Below, in pieces: positions 36,865-45,067 of a stretch of 64,000 nt of DNA. Each line of letters opens with the position of its first letter. The stretch's first letter is position 1. A program made the position numbers and the translations under genes. The stretch comes from Candidatus Latescibacterota bacterium (GTDB lineage: Bacteria > Latescibacterota > UBA2968 > GCA-2709665). The stretch is from assembly GCA_965248435.1 (NCBI GenBank), contig OZ252100.1:2208001-2272000 (forward strand), written 5' to 3'. Below the pieces are notes generated by a model. That model had not been told where the DNA came from and ran no database searches. It was given only the letters and a program-made list of their open reading frames with translations.

Positions 36865-38334
36865 CTAGGCATCCAGCTCGCGAGCCGCACTCGCTCCGGC
36901 AATTCGCCCGAAGACCGCACCTGCCATCATCCCCGCACCCGATGGATAGTTCCGGTGCCAAAGTCCGCCCACCATCTCCCCTGCCGCGAAGAGCCCTGGA
37001 ATCGGCCGGTCCTCCTCGTGGACTACTTTCGTTTCGGGCGTGATCTTAAGACCGCCATAGGTGAACGTGAGTCCGCACGCAACCGGGAAGCCCTCGAAGG
37101 GCGGCTTCTCCAGCGGGAGCGCCCAGTTGCTCTTGGGTGGGGCAATGCCTGCCGTGCCTTTTCCATCCAGCCTGAAGGCGTCAAACTCCCCGGACTGAAC
37201 GGAAGCGTTGTACTCCCCCACCGTGCGGGCAAAGCCCGGGACGTCTAGAATGTCCAGCTTCTTTCCAAGCCCTGCCAGGGTGTTGTCAGAAAAACCCGTG
37301 GCCTCCTCGTAGCCGTGGATGAGGTCCAGCTCTCGGTGCCTGCGGTCGAAGATCTGAAACGCCGTCCCCTGCGGTTGCGCAAGAATGGCTCGCCCGGTCT
37401 TCGCGTAAGTGAGGCCGCGCCAGGTCTCGCCCTCGTCGATGAACCGACGACCTTGGAGGTTCACGGTGATGCCGAAGGGGTAGGCATACCGGCTCCAGAA
37501 GTCCCCTCTCACGCCCGGACCCGGTTTGTCACTCGACGGACGGTTAAGGTCCTGAGGCGAAGCGTGGCAGTCGGACCAGCTTCCGAACGGCAGGGCGCCG
37601 ATCTCCTGCGCCATGGTCAGCCCATCTCCGCTGTTGTAAGGCACGCCGCGGAGCTTGACTCGCTCCCACTCGGGCCCGAGGAAACGCGCGCGCATCTCCG
37701 GATTGGACTCGAAGCTGCCGCAGGCCAGGATCACCGCTCCGGCGTGGATGTTGAGGTCCCCTTTCAGGGTCTTCGTCCTCACCCCTGTGACGCGGCCCCC
37801 GGAATCCGTGAGTAGCCCTACCGCCTGTGTATCGTATTGCGCGGTCCCCCCCAGTTCTTCGAACGTCGCGAACCACTGCTCCTGGAGCCCATAACCGCCG
37901 CCGTTGAACGAGGCGACGTTGGCAGAAGTCGGGTTTGTGTATGTGGGGACCCAGCTGTGTCCGTGCGACGCCATCCATCGCACCGTCTCCGCTGCCCGTG
38001 TGACCAGGATCTCCGCCAGCTCGGCGTCGCACTTGCCCTCTGTGACGGTCATGATGTTGTCATAATACTCCGTAGAGGTATATCGCGCTGACCGCTCGAC
38101 CATCCGTCCGAGTTCCTCATGGGATATGCCGGGAACAAGCGACGCCAGATCCTCCGCACCATCGTAAGGAAACCGCATGTGTACGGTCAGGGCGCTGTTC
38201 CCACCGCGATGTCGTCGCGGCGCCTTCTCCAGGACGACGACATCCACGCCCCGTTCGCGCGCAGCCACCGCGGCGGACAGCGCAGCGTTTCCAGCGCCGA
38301 CGACTACCACCTGCGTGTAAGCGTCATTGTCCAT
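36865..38334 (-). CDS. FAD-dependent oxidoreductase, TcuA/CobZ (tricarballylate dehydrogenase)-like
   Basis: VVGAGNAALSAA, EKAP...RGGNS, LACGSFESN, TFTYGGL, AAGEMVGGL..NYPSGAG...GAVFGRIAG. Confidence 0.8.
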   Translation of the reverse strand: MDNDAYTQVVVVGAGNAALSAAVAARERGVDVVVLEKAPRRHRGGNSALTVHMRFPYDGAEDLASLVPGISHEELGRMVERSARYTSTEYYDNIMTVTEGKCDAELAEILVTRAAETVRWMASHGHSWVPTYTNPTSANVASFNGGGYGLQEQWFATFEELGGTAQYDTQAVGLLTDSGGRVTGVRTKTLKGDLNIHAGAVILACGSFESNPEMRARFLGPEWERVKLRGVPYNSGDGLTMAQEIGALPFGSWSDCHASPQDLNRPSSDKPGPGVRGDFWSRYAYPFGITVNLQGRRFIDEGETWRGLTYAKTGRAILAQPQGTAFQIFDRRHRELDLIHGYEEATGFSDNTLAGLGKKLDILDVPGFARTVGEYNASVQSGEFDAFRLDGKGTAGIAPPKSNWALPLEKPPFEGFPVACGLTFTYGGLKITPETKVVHEEDRPIPGLFAAGEMVGGLWHRNYPSGAGMMAGAVFGRIAGASAARELDA

Positions 38335-38428
38335 GGCTTTGGTAAACCCGTTGTATTTGATTCGACGTTGTCATAATTTGAACAACCTAAGGTCAGACTA
38401 CAGCAATCTTTTCTTTTGAGGCTAGCCA

Positions 38429-39367
38429 ATGCCTGGAAGGCTCGTCTATTTCAACGGAGAATTCGTTCCCGAATCCGAAGCCCGAATCTCCATCTTCGAT
38501 TCGGCGCTCACATTCGGGGACATGGTATACGAAGTTACGCGCTCGTTCCAACAGAAACCGTATTGTCTGAGAGATCACCTCGAGCGGCTTTATGCCTCCG
38601 TCCGCTATGCAGAAATCGACCTGGGACTGACCATCGATGAGATGGAGGCCGCCACCCAGGAGACGATCGAGCGCAACCTCCCGGTTTTGGAGGGAAGCGA
38701 CTTCCAGATCTTACACGACGTCACTAGAGGCGCCCGCGCCTTTTATGAAGGAATCCTCAGAGAAGGCCTTGGGCCGGTCGTCTGCATCTCTTGCTTCCCG
38801 CTCATCCCCCGCACGGGGAGGCAGGCCGATATGTATGAAAACGGCGTCCACGCTGTCATCACGCCGCAGCAATCTGTGCCCTCTCGCTTCATCGATCCCA
38901 AGGCGAAGAACCGCAGCCGCATCTTTTACAAACTCGCGGACCTCCACGCCAACCGGCTGGAGGAGGGTGCCTGGGCCCTGCTCACAGACGAGCGGGGGTT
39001 TATCACCGAAGGCATCGGAAGCAACTTCTTCATCGCTCGCGGCGGAGAGATCCTCACACCGAAACCTCACAATGTCCTGCGCGGGATCTCCCGTCGAACC
39101 TGCTTCGAGCTCGCCGACCGGCTCGGGATTCCCGCCCGCGAGGCCAACATCGAGCCCTACGATGTACGCGCGGCGGACGAGGCCTGGCTCTCATCCACCC
39201 CGTTTTGTATCCTGCCCGTCGCCCGGTTCAATTTTCAGCCAGTCGGTCCCGGAAAACCCGGTCCCATCTATCGGGCCCTGCTGGCCGCCTGGTCAGAATT
39301 CGTAGGCGTAGACATCGCCGGCCAGGCCCGGGAATACGCCGAGCGACTCAAGACCTGGAAAACGTAG
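38429..39367 (+). CDS. Class IV PLP aminotransferase
   Basis: FGDMVYE, HLERL, EGIGSNFF, LRGISR, ADEAWLSST. Confidence 0.9.
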   Translation: MPGRLVYFNGEFVPESEARISIFDSALTFGDMVYEVTRSFQQKPYCLRDHLERLYASVRYAEIDLGLTIDEMEAATQETIERNLPVLEGSDFQILHDVTRGARAFYEGILREGLGPVVCISCFPLIPRTGRQADMYENGVHAVITPQQSVPSRFIDPKAKNRSRIFYKLADLHANRLEEGAWALLTDERGFITEGIGSNFFIARGGEILTPKPHNVLRGISRRTCFELADRLGIPAREANIEPYDVRAADEAWLSSTPFCILPVARFNFQPVGPGKPGPIYRALLAAWSEFVGVDIAGQAREYAERLKTWKT

Positions 39368-39369
39368 AG

Positions 39370-39458
39370 ACGGACGGCGGACCGAGGACGGCAGACTGCT
39401 CAATGAATAGAGTGATACTCAGGCTCGAGCGGTCCGCGGTCAGTGGTCTGCGGTCGGA
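39370..39458. repeat. Heptamer inverted repeat element, copy 4
   Basis: ACGGACGGCGGACCGAGGACGGCAGACT...GCGGTCCGCGGTCAGTGGTCTGCGGTC. Confidence 0.6.
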
Positions 39459-39538
39459 CATAGCTCTTTTGACTCGCGGAAAAGCCCCAGGGCTAGGCTC
39501 GCCACCGGGGCTCTAATCTAATCTATTTCTTCTCTCTC

Positions 39539-40033
39539 TCACGGAAGCTCGATCGTGCCCTCCACCTCGCAGATGAACCGATCTCCCAGCAGGGCGCAAT
39601 CGAATTTACTTCCTCCCGTCATCCCCTTGAATCGGCCCGAGCCGTTAAAGTAGACGGCCGTCCCTACATCTCTCCCTCCGGAAACCTTCCCGGTCCACTC
39701 CTCAAAGTAGGTCGACCCATCAGCGAAGGTGAACTTTCCGTACCCCTGATCCTTTCCAGTACCGTCCGCCCTGTAGTCCCCGGTACCCCAGATTTCGATC
39801 TTGTAGGGGGGTTCTTCCGGTCCTTCTCTGCGTATGCCCAAACCCTTCGCTTCGAAAAGCGCGATGAAGTGCCCGGGTTCATCGCCTACGACAATCGTGT
39901 CGAATCGCGTGGCGAAGTTGATGTGTTGCGATTGGAACCTTATCTTCTCGCCGGCTGAAGCGGGCTGCCTTGTGACGCCGACCAGAGCCAGAAACCCAGC
40001 GATGATTGCCAAGAACAGCAACTTTCCTCGCAT
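39539..40033 (-). CDS. Exported beta-rich hypothetical protein
   Basis: Signal peptide ending PASA; Gly/aromatic beta strands (GSGRFKGMTG). Confidence 0.65.
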   Translation of the reverse strand: MRGKLLFLAIIAGFLALVGVTRQPASAGEKIRFQSQHINFATRFDTIVVGDEPGHFIALFEAKGLGIRREGPEEPPYKIEIWGTGDYRADGTGKDQGYGKFTFADGSTYFEEWTGKVSGGRDVGTAVYFNGSGRFKGMTGGSKFDCALLGDRFICEVEGTIELP

Positions 40034-40094
40034 ACGATCCCCCTCGTCAGTTATAAACGACGTCTGCTTTTTACCTCACAACCGCGGTCCGCGG

Positions 40095-40736
40095 TCAAGC
40101 ATGGCGTGTTTCTACGTCAGGGCCGCGGGCCACGGCGACCCCGATCATGCTGTCACGCGTGACCAGGTCGGCAAGCTCTTCCTCACCCATCTGCTCCGTG
40201 CCAGGCGGGCGTTCAGGAATGACCAGATAACGCATGTCCGCCGTGCTGTCGTAGACGCGTACCTCCACTTCCTCGTCCAGCTCAAGACCAAACTCTCCTA
40301 AGACAGCTCGCGGCTCTTCCACCATTCTGGATCTGTAGTTCAAACTCTTGTACCAGGCAGGAGGATATCCGAGCAGCGCCCGTGGATAGCAGGAACAGAG
40401 CGTACATACGATCACGTTATGCACCTCTCCCGAATTCTCCACGGCCGCAACAACCGGGTCCCGGCCGGTGTCCATCCCCAGCTCTCCGATCGCAGCGTTC
40501 GCATCGGCCAGGAGACGCGCCTTGAACGCCGGATCCATCCACGCCCTTGCGATCACGCGAGCGCCCTGGGCAGGCGTACGTGAATCCGTGTCCTCCACCT
40601 GCCGCCGGACCTCATCCGCCGTCACGATCCCTTTCTCGACCAGGAGGGACTGGATCGCACGCGTCCGCTTCTCGTAAACGGTCACCTCGGACGCGTCTTC
40701 GATCGGCGCGTGCTCATCGTGATTGTGGTCGACCAA
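40095..40736 (-). CDS. Co-type nitrile hydratase alpha / thiocyanate hydrolase gamma-like subunit
   Basis: GARVIARAWMDPAFKARLL, VCTLCSCYPR, PAWYKSLNYRSR, RYLVIPERP. Confidence 0.92.
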   Translation of the reverse strand: MVDHNHDEHAPIEDASEVTVYEKRTRAIQSLLVEKGIVTADEVRRQVEDTDSRTPAQGARVIARAWMDPAFKARLLADANAAIGELGMDTGRDPVVAAVENSGEVHNVIVCTLCSCYPRALLGYPPAWYKSLNYRSRMVEEPRAVLGEFGLELDEEVEVRVYDSTADMRYLVIPERPPGTEQMGEEELADLVTRDSMIGVAVARGPDVETRHA

Positions 40737-40749
40737 ACTCCGCCTCTTT

Positions 40750-41034
40750 TCAGGCTGGCTCCATCCAATGTTCATAGATATCGATCAGCAGCTGATCCTG
40801 TGATTCCCCATCATACTTCGGCCAGACCGCGCATTCATCGAAGCGCACCAGATACAGAAACTGCTTCGGAAGGCCGTCTCCACCGTGCGCGAGTGACTCC
40901 GGATCGTGAAAGGCGCCGTGCACCGTTTCGACCCGGCCGATCTTTCCCTGGATGTAAGCAGGTGTCCGGATGTGTCGAGGAGACTCATCTACCCGAATCC
41001 GCACGCCATCTCCCGTTTTGAATCTCGCGTCCAT
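40750..41034 (-). CDS. NHase beta C-terminal SH3-like half (thiocyanate hydrolase alpha-like)
   Basis: RFKTGDGVR..HIRTPAYIQGK..LYLVRF..IDIYEHWMEPA. Confidence 0.85.
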   Translation of the reverse strand: MDARFKTGDGVRIRVDESPRHIRTPAYIQGKIGRVETVHGAFHDPESLAHGGDGLPKQFLYLVRFDECAVWPKYDGESQDQLLIDIYEHWMEPA

Positions 41035-41037
41035 ATC

Positions 41038-41331
41038 TTATACGTCCAGCGCCACCACCTGCCGGTCGATGTCATCCGCGGTCAAGACGCCCTTCTCGAT
41101 CATCAGCTTCTCAAGGCCCACGATCCAGCGCTCGTAGTAGTCAAGCGCTTCATACTTCGCCGGCTCGATACCCTCCATCGCGCGACGAAGTTCATCCATG
41201 GTGATCATATTCTTGCGTATCGACAACACCACCAGCGCATCGGTCTGCTTCTCCCACATCGCATAGTCGTGTTCCGATCTGTCGATCGGCCCGGCATCGG
41301 GCCAACCACCTCGGTCGTGTACTCGCTGCAC
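41038..41331 (-). CDS. NHase beta N-terminal half (thiocyanate hydrolase beta-like)
   Basis: VHDRGG..WEK..DELRRAME..Y..LDYYERW..EKGV. Confidence 0.85.
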   Translation of the reverse strand: MQRVHDRGGWPDAGPIDRSEHDYAMWEKQTDALVVLSIRKNMITMDELRRAMEGIEPAKYEALDYYERWIVGLEKLMIEKGVLTADDIDRQVVALDV

Positions 41332-41360
41332 GTCTTACTCCAAGTTACCACGGTTTCCGT

Positions 41361-41524
41361 TGTCATTCCGAGCGTCAGCGAGGAATCTCAACAGTTGATT
41401 TCAGCACAACATACCTCGAGAAACGGTTCGGTGAATAACTCTCTCTTGAGATTCCTCGTCGCTGTGTTTGTTGGCGTTCACCTCAAAGCGTGATTTGATT
41501 TTCGAGGGGCTCCTCGGAATGACA
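41361..41524. repeat. Palindromic REP/MITE-like element
   Basis: TGTCATTCCGAG...CTCGGAATGACA ends; internal CGAGGAATCTC/GAGATTCCTCG. Confidence 0.7.
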
Positions 41525-41577
41525 AACTTGGCGATACGGTGAACGATGCCCTTCAATCCGCAATCCCAAATCCGCAA

Positions 41578-43131
41578 TTATGCGACTTGCTTCGACGCTT
41601 CTTCTGCCTTGAGATAGGCGTGAGGATCGTGATACAGCCCCCCATCCGGCAGCCATTCCCAGAACGGCCCCAGATCCCGCTTGATCCACTCCACGTAGAA
41701 GCTCGGAATCTCCGTCGTCTCGCCCTCCCAGTATCGCCTCACCTGCGGGTCGGTGTCCAGCAACCCGCGCATCTTCGTGTGGTGTTTGATCCTCCCGAAC
41801 CCTTCCGAAGAGACCGCGCGCAACACGTTCAGCCAGGGCAGCCATCTCGGCTCTGTGCCCTTCGCGGCCTGAAATCTCCGTCGGATCATGTCCCAGGAGA
41901 AGGAGTAAGTCGACAGGTCGACCAGACTGTCGTAAAACTCGGCCCAAGAATAGTTCAGCGGCCGCACGTTCATCACGTGGTTGTTGTTCATGAAATGGAA
42001 TGGGAACCCGAGTACACGCCCGGCCCTCATATACTCAAGGTTGATCTCAGCCGCCTGGCCGAACGCGGTGAGCAGCGAATAGGCTGGAAAGGCACCCGGG
42101 GCCGCATCCAGAAAGCGCTTCGTCAGCTCGAACGGTTCGGGACCTTCATCCACGTCCAGACCCATCACGAAATTCGTCTGTACGTATGGGATGTAGCTCA
42201 ACACCAGGTTGACGTGATCCGAAACCTTGAGGACCTTCTCCATCCCCTTCCTGCTTCCGGTCTTGGATTTGTTGCCCATGTCATACCAGGACTCGATCCC
42301 GGGCAGGATCGCCTTGAACCCGTTCCGTTTGAGCCGCTTCAAGTTGGGTTCCGAGAGAAGCGAAAGGCTGCTCTCCGCGAAGAAATCGATGCGGTCGGGC
42401 GGCACCACCTCCTCGATCGCATCCAGATAGTTGTCGAACTGAATCCCGAAATTGGGGTCGTGCCACCCCACGTGAGGGCGTTCGAATTTTTCAAGCAGGA
42501 ATCTCAGGTCTTCTTTGATCACATCGAAACTGAGCGGCTGATAAGGGATGGCCGCGTCGATACAGAAATTGCAGGTGTAGGGACACCCGAAACTGCCCAT
42601 CATCGCGACCGTTTTAATCAAAGGGGCCTTCTCGAGCACGATCTCGATGTACTTCCACCGCTCCTTCACCCCGGGAAGATGCGTCGGCTGTCCGTTCGCC
42701 GCGAGGTGAACGCCAAGCGGACGGTTTTCTGAGCAATCCTGCAGAACGTCCCGGATCAACTCCCGGTCTGTAAAGTCGAGCACATAGTCGAAGTACTTCT
42801 GCGCGTCTTGAGGATAGGAGCGCGCGTGCGGCCCGCCGAGTACCGTGACGGCGCCTTTCGAGCGCATGTAGTTGCTGATCGCATACGAAAGCTGCCCTGC
42901 CTGCGAAAATGCACCGACAAAGACCACGTCGGTATCATCGGGCAACTCCGCGAATAGATTCTCTTTGCCCGTGTAGCAGATGAAGTTGACGTCGTGCCCT
43001 TCCTGTTCGCACCAGAGCGCGATCACCTGCGGCATGATGCTCGCGGCGTTCGCGTTCATGATGCGCCCATACATTCTTGTCGTGGGCGCTTTGACGACCA
43101 GGTCGATGACTGTGACGTGTAGTTTTCTCAA
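41578..43131 (-). CDS. B12-binding-domain radical SAM protein
   Basis: N-terminal cobalamin-binding-like region (TVLGGPHA); CPYTCNFC; GIES; FVMGLD. Confidence 0.85.
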   Translation of the reverse strand: MRKLHVTVIDLVVKAPTTRMYGRIMNANAASIMPQVIALWCEQEGHDVNFICYTGKENLFAELPDDTDVVFVGAFSQAGQLSYAISNYMRSKGAVTVLGGPHARSYPQDAQKYFDYVLDFTDRELIRDVLQDCSENRPLGVHLAANGQPTHLPGVKERWKYIEIVLEKAPLIKTVAMMGSFGCPYTCNFCIDAAIPYQPLSFDVIKEDLRFLLEKFERPHVGWHDPNFGIQFDNYLDAIEEVVPPDRIDFFAESSLSLLSEPNLKRLKRNGFKAILPGIESWYDMGNKSKTGSRKGMEKVLKVSDHVNLVLSYIPYVQTNFVMGLDVDEGPEPFELTKRFLDAAPGAFPAYSLLTAFGQAAEINLEYMRAGRVLGFPFHFMNNNHVMNVRPLNYSWAEFYDSLVDLSTYSFSWDMIRRRFQAAKGTEPRWLPWLNVLRAVSSEGFGRIKHHTKMRGLLDTDPQVRRYWEGETTEIPSFYVEWIKRDLGPFWEWLPDGGLYHDPHAYLKAEEASKQVA

Positions 43132-43153
43132 CTCGTCCCCCGGGCAGACTTTC

Positions 43154-43729
43154 TCACTCAGGTAACTGCAAGTCTTTTGCCTTGATTATGAGATCTTCAA
43201 GAATGACCTCAAAACCCAATTCCCTTGACCACTTTTTCAAATACTCCATGTCTAGATTTTCCCACTGAACGACTGCTACACCAAGCGCGTCTCGGAATTG
43301 AAGCTCCGATTCACTTTCTTTCGACCATTCGAGCTTACTCAAGATGGCATCCTCTGGAGAGATGACCTTGACCCCAACGCCCAATATTTCTGCGTTTATC
43401 TGCCTCCTGAATTCCTCTCGGCTGAATTCACGATCTTTACGAATGATCAGATCCGCCTTCCAGCCTGTTTGGCGATCGATGACGTTGAACATCGTGCGAT
43501 TTCTGTAGGCATCCAGAGCAGCCTCTGGATCGATGTAATACTCTTGACTCAACGATCCAATGAACGTATGCAACTGCACTTCTGTAGGGGCGATGACCAA
43601 GTCTATGTCATTGGTCGCTCTCGGCTCTCCGTGCATGCTGCTTCCAAGCGACCCTGAAACCATATACTCCACATTGGCTTCTTCCAATTTCTGAATGAGC
43701 TTTGTAAAAAAGTCCTTTTGGCTCATCAA
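43154..43729 (-). CDS. Nucleotidyltransferase-fold protein (putative TA component)
   Basis: SGSLGSSMHGEPRATNDIDLVI, SPEDAILSKL, Q.RD. Confidence 0.75.
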   Translation of the reverse strand: MMSQKDFFTKLIQKLEEANVEYMVSGSLGSSMHGEPRATNDIDLVIAPTEVQLHTFIGSLSQEYYIDPEAALDAYRNRTMFNVIDRQTGWKADLIIRKDREFSREEFRRQINAEILGVGVKVISPEDAILSKLEWSKESESELQFRDALGVAVVQWENLDMEYLKKWSRELGFEVILEDLIIKAKDLQLPE

Positions 43730-43986
43730 GTTCTAAGCTCTAGCTCTGGATAAGATCGCAGGAATAATCTCTCCCCGATTGATGCACGAAGAGCGGCTAG
43801 CCTTACCATCTCAGCATCGTAGTCTGGATGGCGCTGTCTGATCCCTGATTCCACAATTGAACGAACTCCATCGCTTAGTTCGAAAGTCATATTCGCGCGT
43901 CCTTTGAGTCCGATCTTTCTTAGAATAGAGAATTGGACACGTGCAGCGTCTAACGTTGTGTCTCTTGGAACCACACCGGAACCCAT
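43726..43986 (-). CDS. Small partner protein of the nucleotidyltransferase (putative antitoxin)
   Basis: 86 aa, DTTLDAARVQ...GIRQRHPDY; ATGA overlap with the downstream gene. Confidence 0.65.
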   Translation of the reverse strand: MGSGVVPRDTTLDAARVQFSILRKIGLKGRANMTFELSDGVRSIVESGIRQRHPDYDAEMVRLAALRASIGERLFLRSYPELELRT

Positions 43987-44034
43987 TGCTGTCCTCGAAG
44001 CCGTAAGCTTAACCTCGATTTAATAAGCCTATTC

Positions 44035-44700
44035 CTATGCAGGATTCGACTCGGGCAGACGGTGACGGTCCACCCAGTAGCCCCACAACACAACCAGCGT
44101 CAACCCAACGAATGCGGATACGGCCACGGCCATCACCGATGGAGGCGGTGGACCGAACGCGTTGCTCAGCCAGCCCAGGACGAGGAACGCGACCAGACCC
44201 CACAGCCCATATATCCCGATGCGGTCCTGCGACCGTGTTGAACGAAGATAGATCACGAGTCCCGCTGCGAATATCCCCAATTCTACGATGATCGTCGCCG
44301 CAATGGAATTCCAGAGCCCAAGGCCTACAACTGTTTCGGCCCCAGGAACCACTGGAAGATCGGGTCGATGGACGATCGCATCCAGGACCCAATGACTCAG
44401 GACGACGCCCCCGACGATCGCGGCGTTTCTCAAACTTCCTCTAATAATCCAGAACAGGACCAAGAGTCCAACGGCCCAGCCTAGGCAGCCCACCAGACTG
44501 TGGGTAATCGGATAATCGTAGAAATTGAGCGGTGTGAAGACGGTGTTTCCCGGATCGATCCTCACGTGCTCGAGCCCAAGAAGCAGAAAGACCGGCCAAA
44601 GCAGGTCTATCATCTGCGTCGCCAGGAAAAGTGTCCCGAGCGATGTGCTAGGAGAAATCTTCTTGGCGGCTAGAGCGACCCCGTAATGACCGACGAACAT
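44035..44700 (-). CDS. Membrane-bound metal-dependent hydrolase-like protein
   Basis: MFVGH, DLLWP, THSL, SHWVLDAIVH; several TM segments. Confidence 0.8.
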   Translation of the reverse strand: MFVGHYGVALAAKKISPSTSLGTLFLATQMIDLLWPVFLLLGLEHVRIDPGNTVFTPLNFYDYPITHSLVGCLGWAVGLLVLFWIIRGSLRNAAIVGGVVLSHWVLDAIVHRPDLPVVPGAETVVGLGLWNSIAATIIVELGIFAAGLVIYLRSTRSQDRIGIYGLWGLVAFLVLGWLSNAFGPPPPSVMAVAVSAFVGLTLVVLWGYWVDRHRLPESNPA

Positions 44701-44799
44701 GGCCTCCGAAAATACGGCCGTTTCCGGGTGAATTCTAGTTCTTTTTGTGAGGGAAGAGGTTACCGATCCGATGTGGTGGGAGCCAATTCCTTAATCAGC

Positions 44800-44828
44800 T
44801 TGACTTGCGCTTACTAATCGGATATCAT
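44800..44828 (+). promoter_or_regulatory. tRNA-Val promoter
   Basis: TTGACT-17 nt-TATCAT. Confidence 0.7.
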
Positions 44829-44864
44829 TCGGACCGTAACTGGATGGAAAGTCAGGATATAGGT

Positions 44865-44941
44865 GGGCGATTAGCTCAGGTGGTTAGAGTGCTTGCTTGA
44901 CATGCAAGAGGTCACTGGTTCAAGTCCAGTATCGCCCACCA
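44865..44941 (+). tRNA. tRNA-Val(GAC)
   Basis: GGGCGAT acceptor stem, anticodon arm CTTGC-TTGACAT-GCAAG, GGTTCAAGTCC, encoded CCA. Confidence 0.97.
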
Positions 44942-44961
44942 TATGATTCTTCACAAACGAA

Positions 44962-45006
44962 GACGGACAGTAGCCTTTATTTGGCTATTGCCCGTTTTTA
45001 TTTTTC
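44962..45006 (+). terminator. Intrinsic terminator after tRNA-Val
   Basis: ACGGACAGTAGCC/GGCTATTGCCCGT followed by a T tract. Confidence 0.75.
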
Positions 45007-45067
45007 TTGACCGACACCAGCCGTCATCCGTGGGGAAGTGATTATGTTCCTATCGTACTGGCTTGAA

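Noticed and set aside
35612-37043. Short ORFs within the repeat mosaic
   Set aside because: Translations are REP-derived (PPPSGEGPREG, VGARRAAP) with no RBS or domain evidence.
40095-43131. NHLP-type RiPP cluster (nitrile-hydratase leader plus radical SAM)
   Set aside because: The alpha-like subunit retains CTLCSC and has beta partners; no Gly-Gly core peptide, YcaO or peptidase transporter. The radical SAM gene is separated by a repeat element.
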